Assembly: GCF_006345805.1 (NCBI RefSeq)
Contig: NC_043009.1
Span: 43,462,001-43,526,000, forward strand
Source: Octopus sinensis
Lineage: Eukaryota
Reading direction: 5' to 3'
DNA length: 64,000 bases
A model generated the notes under the pieces. It ran no database searches. It was not told the origin of the DNA and saw only the letters and a list, made by a program, of their open reading frames with translations. Positions 1 through 13,548 of the stretch are shown here, piece after piece (position 1 is the first letter of the stretch; the number at the start of each line of letters is the position of its first letter). The position numbers and the translations under genes were made by a program.

Positions 1-200
1 ACGGAGACGTAAACACACCAGCATCAGTTGTCAAGCAATGTTGGGGGGAAAAACACAGACACATAAACATATACACACACATACATATATATATACATAT
101 ATACAACGGGCTTCTTTCAGTTTCCGTCTACCAAATCCACTCACAAGGCTTTGGTCGGCCCGAGGCTACAATAGAAGGCACTTTCCCAAAGTGTCGCACA
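1..200 (-). mobile_element. SINE family A (tRNA-like head GCAGGAGTGGCTGTGTGGTAAG...), 5' half
   Basis: Reverse complement of the full-length copy at 50918-51346. Confidence 0.85.
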
Positions 201-429
201 GTGGGCATGAACCCGGAATCATGTGGTGGGTAAGCAAGCTACTTACCACACAGCCACTCCTACACCTATATTGACAAAATTATAAAGTTGTATATAAAAA
301 AAAATGTTTTCTGGTAATAAATTAAAGAAAAAAATTGGGGCACTAATGGGTTTGATGATATTCTACAGCACGAAAGAAATAGGAAAGGTTTGGAAAAGAT
401 TTTTTTACTCTTCTATTCTTTCATCTGTT

Positions 430-667
430 TACTTGTTTCAGTCATTTAGACTCTGGCCATGCTGGAGAATGTTTCAGTCATTTAGACTGTGGCCATGCTG
501 CCTTGAAGAATTTCAGTCAAGCGAATTGACCCCAATACTTAGTCTTAAGTCTGGTGCTTATTCGATCACTCTCTTTTTGCCAGACTGCTAAGTCAGAGGG
601 ATGTAAACACACCAACACCTGTTGTCAATTGGTGGTGGGGGACATACACAGACACAAAAAACACACA

Positions 668-702
<35 letters not shown>

Positions 703-860
703 ATACACACACACACACCACACACACACACAAACACACACACATATATTTGACAGGCTTCTTTCAGTTTCTGTTTACCAAATCCACTCTCAAGACTTTG
801 GTTGACCCGAAACAATAGTAGAAGACATTTACCCAAGTCTTTCTCAAAATCACACCACAA
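430..860 (-). mobile_element. SINE family A, decayed copy with internal (CA)n
   Basis: Tail CAGTCATTT..GGCCATGCTGG and core CTTTCAGTTTCTG..CCAAATCCACTC match family A. Confidence 0.8.
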
Positions 861-1239
861 CCCTCTAGATCAAGGGTTCACAACCATTATTTTATCTGTG
901 GACCTCTTTGGTTACTATTTTATTCTGGTGGACACCCATAGCCATTTGGTGTTTAAAATCTAGTTTTATAGAAGCTTCTTTCAAAATTCTTATTCTGTTT
1001 TTCACACATTAACTTGTATTTAGACCCAGGAAGACATGGGACAAAGTGGCGAGAAAGGATCTTTGGATGCTGGGCCTCACTGGGAAAATGACAAGGGACT
1101 GGGAGATGTGGAGATTTGCTGTACTTAATAAGACATGTGAAACTAAACAAAATTGGTGCCTTCCATACATACAGGCTTGTTCTTTTAGGCACCAGTGCCA
1201 CTTGAAGAGCATCGATGCCAATGCTATGCAGATGCACCA

Positions 1240-1450
1240 ATGCTAGTGCTGTGTAAATTCACCTGTGCTGTTGGCACATAAAAAACATTTAGCACACTCT
1301 GCTAAGTCGTTAGCATTCGGAAGGGCATCCAGCCATGGAAACCATGCCACAACACCGAGTTGGAAACTGAACAGCTCCCTGCTAGTCAGCTCCATGTCAA
1401 ACCATCCAATCCATTAAACGATGATGATGATGATGATGATGATGATGATA
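1240..1450 (-). mobile_element. Repeat family E (GGTTGGCGTTAGGAAGGGCATCCAGC...(GAT)n tail), probable retroposon 3' part
   Basis: Shared with 13190-13298, 28050-28325 and 34537-34851. Confidence 0.65.
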
Positions 1451-1589
1451 ACTTGTATAGATTGAACTATGTAAAACATTAGAGAAAGAAACCAAGCTGT
1501 TTCTTGCAGTACATACCAATACATACATCTAAAGCAAAATGGCTTCAGGGGCCCTTAAAATACTATTGAGGAGCCCCAATTTACTATTC

Positions 1590-1825
1590 CTATTTCTTTA
1601 TTGCCCACAAGAGGCTAAACATAGAGGGGACAAACAAGGACAGACAAACGGATTAAGTCGATTACATCAACCCCAGTGCGTAACTGGTACTTAATTTATC
1701 GATCCCAAAAGGATGAAAGGCAAAGTTGACCTCAGCGGAATTTGAACTCAGAACGTAAAGACAGACTAAATGCCGCTAAGCATTTCGCTGGCATGCTAAT
1801 GATTCTGCCAACTTGCCGCCTTACT
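1590..1825 (-). mobile_element. SINE family B (GGCGGCGAGCTGGCAGAA...GTTCTGAGTTCAAATTCC), tail type 1
   Basis: Matches copies at 16764-16971 and 48466-48698; B-box-like GAGTTCAAATTCC. Confidence 0.85.
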
Positions 1826-2029
1826 ATTCTGTCGTGTTTACTATTGCTATTTACTATTCTGTCGTGTGGACCTGAAAAGTCTTATATGGTCCCTCAGAGG
1901 ACACTGGTTGAAAACCACTGCCTTAGATAATGAAGTCATGGCTGTTACTGTACCTGAAAAGATAGCGTGGTCATAGTTGTTTGACCTTTGGTCAATGTGA
2001 AAGAGCTGACCTGAAGATAAACACTATAA

Positions 2030-2633
2030 CCATTTGACACCACTGTCAAAACCACTACCAAGACCACTATCACCACCACCAGCACTACCATTACCAATAT
2101 CACCAACATTACAATCACTACCAACACTACCATCACAACTACTGTCAGCATGACCACCACCACTACCACTAACACCAACAGCACCACTGTCATTACTACA
2201 GCTACCACCACCAACACAACTACACAGCACAACTATCACCACACTCACAACAACCACTACCATCACCACAGCCACCATCATCATCATCCTTATAACCACC
2301 ACCACAACTACCAATACAACCATAATCACCACTACCACCAGAACTACCACAACCACCACAACCACCAAAATACAACCACCAACACCACAACCACCAAAAT
2401 ACAATCACCAACACCACAACCACCAAAATACAAGCACTACCACCACAAGCACTACCACCACAACCACCACCGCCACAACCACCACCACCACAACCACCAC
2501 CACTACAACCACCACCATTACAACTACCAATACAACAACCACCACCACAACCACCACCACTACAACCACCACCACCACCACAACTACCACCACCACCACC
2601 ACTACAACCACCACCACCATCACCACCACCACC
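2030..2633 (+). repeat. Degenerate (CCA/CAA)n trinucleotide array
   Basis: Direct reading; source of the spurious His/Thr/Val ORFs. Confidence 0.9.
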
Positions 2634-2839
2634 AAACTATGTTATTGACATCTCTATTAATATCTCATCTGCCTTAATTTCTCCACATAGAATTGAGAAA
2701 GAATAAAAAAAATGGGGGATTTTCCCCCCTTTCCTCTTCTTCTTCTTCTTCTTCTTCATCTTCTTCTTCTCCTTGTTGTTGTGGCAGTGGGAGGTGAAGA
2801 ATTTTGGCATTGCTGCTAGGTGAGTAATCAAAGAATGTC

Positions 2840-4086
2840 TTCACAATGATGGCGGTAGTTGCAATGGTCGTGATGCTGGTAATGCTGCTGCCGGTGATGG
2901 TGGTGGTAGTGTTGTTGGTTGCAGTGAGGGTTGTGGTTGTGGTGGTAGTTGTCATTGTAATATTGGTGGTGGTGGTGGTGGTGGTAATTGTGATTGTGGT
3001 GGTAGAAGAGGTTGTTGCTGCGTTTGGGGGTTGAGGTGTTATGGTGAAAGTGATAATGCTAGCACTGGTTGTAGTAGTGGAGGTGGTAGTAGGGGTGATA
3101 GAGATGTTGGTGGCAGTGGTGGAGTTGGCAGAGGCAGTGATGATGATGGTGGTGGTGGCGGTGGTGGTGGTAGTGGTGGTGGTGTTGGTGGTGGTGGTGG
3201 TGGTGGTGGTGGTGGTGGTGGTGGTAGTGGTAGGGACGGTAGTGGTGGTGGTGGTGGTGGTGGTGTGGTGGTGGTGGTGGTGGTGGTGGTGGTGGTGTTA
3301 GTGTTTTTGGTGGTGGTGGTGGTGGTGGTGGTGGTGGTGGTGGTAGTGGTAGTGATGATAGTGGTGGTGGTGGTGGTGATGGTGATGGTGGTGGGGGGGG
3401 GGGGGGTTGAGGTGGTGGTTGTGACGATCCTAATTATTGCAGAGGTATAAGTGCTGGCTTGTTGTGGTGTCGACAGTGGTTGTTGTAATGGTTGTGGTGC
3501 TGGTACTGTTGGTGGTTGCCTGTTTGTTGTAGTTGTTGCTTAGCATCCCCAGGGCAACATGTGTGTGTGATAGATATATATGTCACACACACACACACAC
3601 ATTTATATATCCATATGTCCCTTTTAGTGGTGGGGGCCACATTCTATCCCAACACTCCACTCTTCTAGAGAATGACAATGCTAATCCAAGAGATGATTTA
3701 TGGAAGCACCATTGACACTGAACTGGTTGTAGTGGTGGGGTTGGCAGCGACAATGGTGGTGGTGGAATGGGCAGAGGCAGTGATGATGATGGTGGTGGCG
3801 GTGGTGGTGGTGATGGTGGTGGTGGTGGTGGTGGTGGCGGTGGTGGTGGTGGTGGTGGTGGTGGTGATAGTGATTATTGTTGCTGTTATGATAGTTGTGA
3901 TGGTTGTGGTAGTGATAGTAATGGTAGGTGGTGGTGGTGGTGGCGGGTGAGTGGGTGGGTGGTGGGTGGTGGTAGTGTGTTGTTGATGTTGTTGGTGGTG
4001 GTGGTGATAGTGATTATTGTTGTTGTTATGATAGTTGTGGTAGTGATAGTAATAGTAGTTGGTGGTGGTGGTGGTGCTGGTGCTGG

Positions 4087-4117
<31 letters not shown>

Positions 4118-4165
4118 GCTGGTGGTGCTGGTGCTGGTGGTGCTGGTGCTGGTGGTGGTGGTGCT
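2840..4165 (+). repeat. Degenerate (GGT)n arrays in two related blocks (about 3040-3420 and 3725-4165)
   Basis: Both blocks share GGCAGAGGCAGTGATGATGATGGTGG and CTGGTTGTAGT. Confidence 0.85.
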
Positions 4166-4516
4166 GTTGCATACTTCTGCCACCCTTGCTGCCCCTACCA
4201 CCCCTGCTGCCACTGCCCCTGCTGCTGCTGGTGTGAGAATCTAAGAGATATTGATAGTCTCACCAGTTGACTGTATGACTGCCTGACTGAGTCTGACTGT
4301 CCAACATCACTGCTATGATGATGGGATGGTAGGCTGGCTGGTTGGTTGGTTGGTTGGTTGGTTGGTTGGTTGGCTGGTTGGCTGGCTGGTTGGCTGGTTT
4401 GTTGGCTGGTTGGCTGGTTGGTTGGTTGGCTGGCTGGTTGGATGGTTGGCTGGTTGGATGGTTTTAGGTTAGGTGGTTGGTTGCTTGCTTGGTCAGGTAA
4501 CTGTGGTGGTGCTCAG

Positions 4517-4680
4517 GCAACACTTTGTGTTCTTGAGCAAGACACTTCATTTCACATTGCTCCAGTCCACTCAGCTGACAAAAAAAATGAGCAATCCTGC
4601 AATGGACTGGCATCCTATCCAGGTGGGGAATATATATGCAATAAAACTGGGAAACCGAGTCATTATGATTTGAGAAGGTA
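4517..4680 (+). mobile_element. SINE fragment (family G) with Meta/V-domain-like core
   Basis: TGTGTTCTTGAGCAAGACACTT...CTGCAATGGACTGGCATCC; related sequence at 9290-9397 (-) and 9924-10255. Confidence 0.55.
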
Positions 4681-5069
4681 ATTTTACTTTTACCTATTTG
4701 GTCAGTTAACTGGGGTGGCAGATACAGGTGGTCAGTGTTTATTGGTCAGTGATCATGGTGAGTAAGGGTCAATTGGCTGGTTTAGAGATCGATATATACA
4801 GTTCAAAAGAATATTTAGGTTTGGTAAACAGTTTGTACTTTTGTCTTGGGTTCTCAATACCTGGAGCTCTATCGTAACAAAATAAGGCACCAATCTTCTC
4901 CATCTCTTTTATGTGCCAGAGCTCAAGTCACCACAAGCAATTTGCTCATCCATGCTGCTTGTCCATTTTTACCTCCACCCACCTTTCTTTCTTTCTCCTT
5001 CCACACTTCCTTTCACCATTTGAGCTTATTATTTGGGCCCCACCTTCAGGCAGTGAGCTGGGACAGAGT

Positions 5070-5235
5070 CTGTCTTTATGTTCTGAGTTCAAATTCTACC
5101 AAGCTTGACTTTGCCTTTCATCCTTTCAGGGGTTAACAAAATAAGCACCAGTTGAGCACTGGAATCAATGTAATCGACTTGCCCCCCACCACCGCCTCCT
5201 CCAAAATTGCTGGCCTTGTGCCAAAATTTGAAGCC
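5070..5235 (+). mobile_element. SINE family B, tail type 2
   Basis: Core GTTCTGAGTTCAAATT..CTTTCATCCTTTC; tail AAAATTGCTGGCCTTGTGCCAAAATTTG. Confidence 0.8.
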
Positions 5236-5369
5236 CTTATTTGGCCCTACTGGCTCTAATTTCATTTCTTCATGGAAATCAGCATGACGTTGGATAATCT
5301 TGTGAACCAACTCATTCCTGTTGTAGTCCAAGTACAAAATCTTTTGTACACAAGGCACAAGGCCCAAAC

Positions 5370-5765
5370 TTTTGGAGGAGGGTCAAGTCAATTAGATCGA
5401 TCCCAGTATCCAACTGGTACTTAATTTATTGACCCTAAAATAATGAAAAGCAAAGTCGACTTCTATGGAATTTGAATTCAGAACATCAAGACAGACGAAA
5501 TGCTACTAATCATTTCACCCAGCGTACTAACATTTCTTATTTCTTTATTGCCTAAAAGGGGCTGAACATAGAGGGGACAAATAAGGACAGACAAAGGGAT
5601 TAAGTCGATTACATCGACCCCAGTGCATAACTAGTACTTAATTTATTAACCCCGAAGGGATAAAAGGCAAAGTTGACCTCAGGGGAATTTGAACTCAGAC
5701 AATATGGTAGACGAAATACCGCTAAGCATTTTGCCTAGTGTGCTAACATTTCTGAAAGCTCACAG
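5370..5765 (-). mobile_element. SINE family B head-to-tail dimer (tail 1 unit, then tail 2 unit)
   Basis: Two cores, with a junction near 5535 reading AAGAAATAAGAAATGTTAGTACG on the minus strand. Confidence 0.75.
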
Positions 5766-5809
5766 CCTTAGTCCAAGTAAAAAATGCCAAAGTTTGGACA
5801 TCATATTCT

Positions 5810-6155
5810 ATCTTTTACTTGTTTCAGTTATTAGACCACAACCAAATTGGGATGCCGCCTTTTGAAGAATTTTAATCTAATGAGTTTCTTTAACAAGCTT
5901 GATGCTTATTCCTTTGATTTCTTTTGCCAGACCACTAAGTTATGGGGACATAAACACACCATCACCAGTTAGCAGTGGTGAGGAACAAACACAGACCCAG
6001 ACACACACACGTACACACACACACACAAATACATATATGATCAGCTTCTTATAGTTTTCATCTACCAGATCCACTTCCATGGCTTTGATCAGCCCAAGGC
6101 TATAGTAGAAAGCATTTGACCAAGGTGCCAAAGAGTGGGTCTGAAACTACATGGT
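5810..6155 (-). mobile_element. SINE family A, decayed
   Basis: Similarity to 50918-51346. Confidence 0.75.
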
Positions 6156-6334
6156 TGAATATATATATGTATATATATATGTATGTATGTATTATGTATG
6201 TATGTATGTATGTATGTATGTATGTATGTATGTATGTATGCATGCATGCATGTATGTGTGTATACGTGTGTATGTGTGTGAGTGTGTGTGTATACGTTTG
6301 TGAGTGTGTGTGTATATATATATATATATGTATA

Positions 6335-6898
<564 letters not shown>

Positions 6899-7043
6899 AT
6901 ATATATATATATAAATTAAATAACATATATATATATAAATTAAATAATAGGGTCGAAATTGATATCAATCAATTAACATCAATTTAAACCAGTGGTCTAG
7001 CCTATTAAAAAAAAATCCGAAGATTTAAAAATTATATTAGAAT

Positions 7044-7190
7044 TAAAGTGGATTCCTTTATGTTAGAGATAGGTGTCAAAACGCCTTACCACAAAGGATT
7101 TTGGCATTTGCTGTTTTTTTTTTTTTGAGAACACACACACTGTGGTAAGGCATTTTGACTTCTATCTCTAGCGTATAGGAATCCACTTTA
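7044..7190. repeat. Inverted repeat with 50-bp arms (7044-7093 / 7141-7190), MITE-like
   Basis: TAAAGTGGATTCCT...GCCTTACCACA and its reverse complement, with a few mismatches. Confidence 0.75.
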
Positions 7191-8419
7191 GTGGTCATTC
7201 CTCTTATTAATTGTAATACACATATATATATATATATATACATATATACATGTATATATGAATATATACATATAAATGTATATACATATGGTCGGTTGTT
7301 TTTGCAGTCAATCAGTGTAAAACGGTAAACCAGTTGATTAGACAGACATCTGTCGGTCATTCAACTGGTCATTTATGCGGTCAGCTAGTTAAACAAACTG
7401 TCTATAAGCAATGGGAAAGGCCAAAGGTTCAAATCCATAGCGATGTGACTCAGATATCTGATGACCAACACAGCAAACATCTGAATAAACTTTCCCTTCT
7501 AATTTTTCATTTCTATTCTCTAAACACACGCGATTATATATACATACATATATATTTATACACACACACACATATATTATATATATGAGTGTGTGTATAT
7601 ATATATATGTGTGTGTGTGTGTGTATATATATATATGTGTGTATATATGTATGCAAATGTATGTATATGTATATGCATACACTCAAACATCCATGTACAT
7701 TTACAGATGCAGATGCATGTAATCTTTCTATCCATTCCACCCTGTCCCATCCCTCCTTACATCTGTCCAGTTGTTATATTAGTTTCACTGCTTTGTTGGT
7801 GATACACAGCTCAGCTTCTCACACCATTGGTGCTGGCAAGCATGCAGACACATAGCTGCACATATGTACACACATGCACATATACGTGCACGTACATGTA
7901 CAGCTACAGACACACATGTGGCTACATGTATAGCCACACATACAGCTACATACGGCCACACAGTCATGTTTGCACACAAATAGCCACACACACACACACA
8001 CACATACAGACACATATGCACACTCACAATCGTACACAGGACTACTTTACAGAGCCAAATATGCATAGCTAAGTACACACACATACACAAAATACAAACA
8101 CACACACACGCATACACACAAATACAAACACACACATGCACACACGTTCAACTGAACACACACATGCACACACGTTCAACTGAACACACACAGTAACACA
8201 CATACAAACACAGCCCTCATACGCACACACAGCCTTGTATACATTCACAGCCATGCACATCCACACACAAACACACACACACACGCACACACACACACAT
8301 GTAATCACATGCTAACACATACATATGTACAAGCTAATACATGGAGCCACACACTCACACACACAAACTCATGCACACAGACACACAACACACACACACA
8401 CACTAAGATTAGAAGCTGT

Positions 8420-8900
8420 GACCATCATGACAGCCAGCATTACCAATAATGCAACCTCCACTACCACATTCACTGCCACCTACACCACCATTTCATCATC
8501 CTCATACCACTACAACCACCACCACCACAACTACCACCACAACCACCACCACAACCACCACCACCACCACCACTGCCAAAACCACCGCCATCACCACCAC
8601 AACCAACACTATTATCACAACAAGTATCACACATCACCTACCACCACAAAATCCACCACTGAAACAACAACCACCACCACAACCACTACCTCCAACACAA
8701 CTGCCACAACCACCACTACCGAAACCTCCTCAACCACGAACACCATCACTACAGCCACCATCTCAGCCAACACCACCATCAAAACTACCAGAACTACCCA
8801 CCACCACCACCACCACCACCACCAAAACCATAAGGAATCACTGACACCACAGTCTCTACCTCACTGTCAAGCCACCACCACAGCCACTTATATACCACCA
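8420..8900 (+). repeat. Degenerate (CCA)n array
   Basis: Direct reading; the 214-aa and 131-aa ORFs here are its translations. Confidence 0.85.
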
Positions 8901-9083
8901 TCCCCACCATGGCCATTACTCAAGACCTCTTCATTATTTACTCCCACAGGTTCATTGAAAAGTTATTGATCTCGACTCCTTTTCTAAGGATTCTTTCTTT
9001 CTGCTTCCATTCCTGCACTCATCAAATCTTACCCAGTCATATCTGTCTGTCTGTCTATTAATCTTTTTCTATTTGGTTCTATG

Positions 9084-9155
<72 letters not shown>

Positions 9156-9159
9156 CTAC

Positions 9160-9270
<111 letters not shown>

Positions 9271-9289
9271 AATATATAAATATATATAT

Positions 9290-9596
9290 ATTTATGCGCC
9301 CTTTTCAAGCCTAGCCAGGCTCATGGGCCCAGTTTCCCGGTGTCTATGGCATATGTGTTCCCCCCAGCAGGACGGGACGCCAGTCCATCGCAGCGTTACT
9401 CAAGAAACAGGAAGAGAGAGTGAAAGAAAGTTGGGGTGAAAGAGTACAACAGGAGTCGCCACCACCCCCTGCCAGAGCCTCATGGAGCTGTAGGTGTTTT
9501 CGCTCAATAAACACACACAATGCCCGGTCTGGGAATCGAAACCGTGATCCTCTGACCGCGAGTCCATTGCCCTAAGCACTGGGTTATTGCGCCTCC
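9290..9596 (-). mobile_element. Chimeric SINE: family C tRNA-like head (9596-9400) joined to a family G tail (9397-9290)
   Basis: Head matches 41546-41750; tail matches 4590-4670. Confidence 0.65.
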
Positions 9597-9637
<41 letters not shown>

Positions 9638-9640
9638 AAT

Positions 9641-9780
9641 TCCTCACTCCTTTCTGTCGAAGAGCATAGGCTCGAAACATCGAAGCTTTAAACATTATCC
9701 CTTAATGTCAAACTAATACACCTTTTTGTTGTTCCCTCACCTGTGTGTCACTTCCGTTTTCTGTTCATTTAGGCCATTTA
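9641..9780 (+). repeat. Family F short repeat with a hammerhead-like motif (CTGTCGA-A-GAGC-ATAG-GCTC-GAAAC)
   Basis: Motif at 9654-9681; homologues at 12300, 12485, 17670 (-) and 32505. Confidence 0.7.
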
Positions 9781-9923
9781 CATATATATACATATAAATA
9801 TATATATATATATATATATAGATATATATATATATATTATATATATATATATATAATGTGTGTGTGTGTGTATATATATATATATCTTTTCATTTTACGT
9901 CCGTTTTCCATGCTATATATATA

Positions 9924-10255
9924 TGGCTCAGTGGTTAGAGCGTCGAGCTTACGATCGTGAGGTTGTGAGCTCGAATCCCGGACCGGGCTGCGTGTTGTGT
10001 TCTCGAGCAAAACACTTTATTTCACGTTGCTCCAGTTCACTCAGCTGTAGAAATGAGTTGCGACGTCACTGGTTCCAAGCTGTATCGACCTTGTGTCTTT
10101 CCCTTGGATACACTGGTGGCGTGGAGAGGGGAGGCTGGTATGCATGGGCGACTGCTGTCTTCCATAAACAACCTTGCCCGGACTTGTGTGTCTAGGAGGG
10201 TAACTTTCTAGGTGCAATCCCATGGTCATTCATGACCGAAGGGGGTCTTTACCCC
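9924..10255 (+). mobile_element. tRNA-derived SINE family D (MetaSINE-like core)
   Basis: A box TGGCTCAGTGG, B box GCTCGAATCCC, core TGTTGTGTTCTCGAGCAAAACACTTT..GCTCCAGTTCACTCAGCTG. Confidence 0.75.
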
Positions 10256-10862
10256 ATATATGGATATTTCCCATCAAGTTGCACCTCCACCCCCTCTTAA
10301 GTGCTCACTACATTCCCCTCTACTCCTATCTTTAATCACTTGTTACTCTCCCCTCACGTTCTTATAATTCGCCAACCCACCTTCCTAGTCCTGATCTGCA
10401 GTCACAATCCAATCTTGCTTCTTGAGGGTTTGCTCTCACATCCCATCACTACCCTTATATTCTTCCTAGCCACTCTCACCCACCCTTATGTAATGCAGGG
10501 TAGTCGTGTCTCTTCTCTGTAGCAAGATACCAGCATATGTTTGTCTGTCTCTCTTTCTCTCATACTTTAAACTCCTCAACACCAACCATAAAAACCTCAC
10601 TCTCAAATACACCTCTCCCTTAGTCTAGGGGCTTTTTCCTTTTTCTTTCCTGTTTTGCAAGTTACTTAGTGACCTCACTGACAAGAGTAAAGTAACCAGT
10701 ACACATTGTAATATGGTTGGTGTTAGGGAGGGCTTCCAGATGGAGAAACCAGACCAAGACAGACACAGGAGCTCAACTCAGCCATGCACTTCAGTAGATC
10801 CAGTCACACCATCCAACCCATGCCAGATTGAAAAATGGATGTTCATCTTAATGATGAAGATT

Positions 10863-11310
10863 ATGTGGCTGTGTGGTAAGCTTGCTTCACAACCACCTGG
10901 TTTTGTGTTCAGTCCCACTGCATGGCACCTTCGGCAAGTCTCTTCTACTATAGCCTTGGGGCAACCAAAGTCATGTGAGTGGATTTGTTGACAGAAACTG
11001 AAAGAAGCCCATTGTGTGCGTAATATATATATATATATATATAAACTGATAAGAGTTTTTATTAGACCTTGATCTTAGCCATATATGTATGTGTTTGTAT
11101 ATGTTTGCGTGTCTGTGTTTGTCCCCACCAACATTGTTTGACAACTGATGGTCGTGTGTTTACGTCCATGTAACTTAATGGTTTGGCAAAACAGGCCAAT
11201 AGAATAAGTACTAGGCTTACAAAGAATAAGTCTGGACATCATTTGTTCAATTAAAGGTGGTGCTCCAGCATGGGCAAAGTCAAATGACTGAAACAAGTAA
11301 AAGAAATTAT
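10863..11310 (+). mobile_element. SINE family A
   Basis: Head and tail match family A. Confidence 0.8.
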
Positions 11311-11329
11311 AATATATATATATATATAT

Positions 11330-11360
<31 letters not shown>

Positions 11361-11449
11361 CATATAGATGGTGGCTGCCCCCTCGTTATCGAGTATGGCC
11401 ATTGCATGAAGCTTAATCAATGTTATTATCATGCAATGCCTGTGCAAGA

Positions 11450-11900
11450 AGATTTTTTTTTAAGTGAGGAAAGGCTGTGCACTGAGTCATTCCCACTCAC
11501 TAAGCAACAGCAGCCATAATCCGAAAAGAAGAACAAGTCAACATCATCGGTAACCACTGAGCCGCAGGTTTTATGTCGGAGTTATCCCAGTTACCTGAGC
11601 TACCTTCTCCTATAAGGATGCCCTAACAAAGGCTAGGAGTGCTTCACTCCCAATGGTTTAACCACGCAATCGGGTATTCAGTCCGATTATTCCTGACCCT
11701 GCACATGATACATCCTTAAGACATTTATTGGATGGCCGTTGACTCTCAAGAGTTCCTCCGCCCTTTGACGGGTTCTGTTTTTCATCCCACAGGGTGTCCA
11801 ATAAACACCCTCCTCACCAAGCAAGCTTGGTGGGGTTGCCGGTTTAGTCGCCGACGACCCGACCATGCAACAGGTTGTACTGGGTTACATGTTACCAGTT
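11450..11900 (-). mobile_element. Possible RTE-type LINE 5' UTR remnant
   Basis: GC-richer block resembling RTE-type leaders, recalled from memory; no ORF support. Confidence 0.25.
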
Positions 11901-12299
11901 TCACTCAAAGGTGATACATATATACATACATTAATACATATCACAGTACGCCTGTCACAGTTTATTATTTAAGCTTACATCAATTCCTCCATGGTGTTGT
12001 TTTGCATTTATAATAAGATATATATATATATATACTGTTCCTACTTCATGGATTTTCACCTATCAAGGAGGGTTTTGGAACGTAATACCTGCGATAGTCA
12101 AGGAGTTACTGTATATATATATCCATGCTAGCACAGAAGGCAGATATTAAATATGATATGATGATGATATTATATATATATATATATGTATATATGTATA
12201 TGAAGATATAGATATAGAAGATATTTTCATTGTGTTGAAACATTAATCTTTACACATTTTTTTCTCTCTCCATTTTTTTACTTTCTGTTTTTTTCAATC

Positions 12300-12640
12300 T
12301 TTTTTGTTCCTCTCATTCCTTTCTGTTGAAGAGCATAGGCTCTAAATGTCAAAGACTTCTCCATTCTTCCCAAGCATTAAACTAATACACCTGCTTCTTG
12401 TTTCTTCACCTGTCTTTGTCTTTTGTTTTCTATAAATTTGAACTATATATATATATATAATATATATATATATATTATCATCTCTCCATCTTTTCGTTCT
12501 TTATTCCTTTCAATAGAAGAGCATAGGCTCGAAACATCAAAGACTCTCCCATTTTTCCTGAGTGCCAAACTAATATACCTTGTTTGTTGTTTTCTAACTT
12601 GTCTCTGTCATCTGTTTTTTTTTTATTTATGTACAATTTT
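12300..12640 (+). repeat. Two tandem family F copies (about 12300-12440 and 12485-12640)
   Basis: GAAGAGCATAGGCTC...AAAGAC...AAACTAATA(C/T)ACCT in both copies. Confidence 0.75.
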
Positions 12641-12676
12641 GAACCATTTATTCACATGTATGTGCATGTGTGTGTG

Positions 12677-12749
<73 letters not shown>

Positions 12750-12790
12750 GTGTGTGTGTATCTATATATTTGTATGTATGTATATATAGT

Positions 12791-13172
12791 GAAGGTGCAA
12801 TGGCCCAGTGGTTAGCACAGTGGACTCATGGTCATAGGAGATCGCAATTTTGATTCCCAGACAGGGCATTGTGAGTGTTTATTGAGCGAATATACCCAAA
12901 GCATCATGAGGCTCCGGCAGTGGGTGGTGACAAACCCTGCTGTACTCCTTCACCACAACTTTCTCTTAATCTCTCTTTCTGTTTCTCTTGTACCTGTATT
13001 TCAAAAGGCCACCTTTGTCACACTCTGTATCACGCTGAATCTCCCTGAGAACTATGTTAAGGTTACACATGACTGTAGAGTGCTCAGCAACTTGCACGTT
13101 AATTTCATGAGCTGGCTGTTCCTTTAATTGGATCAACTGGAACCCATGTCGTCGTAACCGACGGAGTGCCAC
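12791..13172 (+). mobile_element. tRNA(Arg)-like SINE family C (octopus OR-type candidate)
   Basis: Colinear with 41546-41922; A box TGGCCCAGTGG. Confidence 0.85.
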
Positions 13173-13189
13173 GATACATATCATCGTCA

Positions 13190-13298
13190 TCATCATCATC
13201 ATCGCTTAACGTCTGTTTTCCATGCTAGCATGGGTTGGACGGTTCAACCGGGGTCTGGGAAGCCAGAAGGCTGCACCAGGCTCCAGTCTGATCTGGCA
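13190..13298 (+). mobile_element. Repeat family E fragment
   Basis: (CAT)n CGCTTAACGTCTGTTTTCCATGCTAGCATGGGTTGGACGG, as at 34537. Confidence 0.75.
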
Positions 13299-13338
13299 GT
13301 ATATATATATAAGTATATATATATAAGTATATATATAC

Positions 13339-13393
<55 letters not shown>

Positions 13394-13506
13394 TGTGTGT
13401 GTGTATGTGTGTACACACACACACCTCCACAATCTCTGGTGGCATCTGTAGGACTTATTTTAGTGTACCAACTATGCCTCCATGTAAAATGATCATCTTA
13501 ATTACG

Positions 13507-13548
<42 letters not shown>

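Noticed and set aside
8325-8969. 214-aa Thr/His-rich ORF resembling a mucin
   Set aside because: It lies entirely in (CA)n and (CCA)n arrays with no splice or domain support
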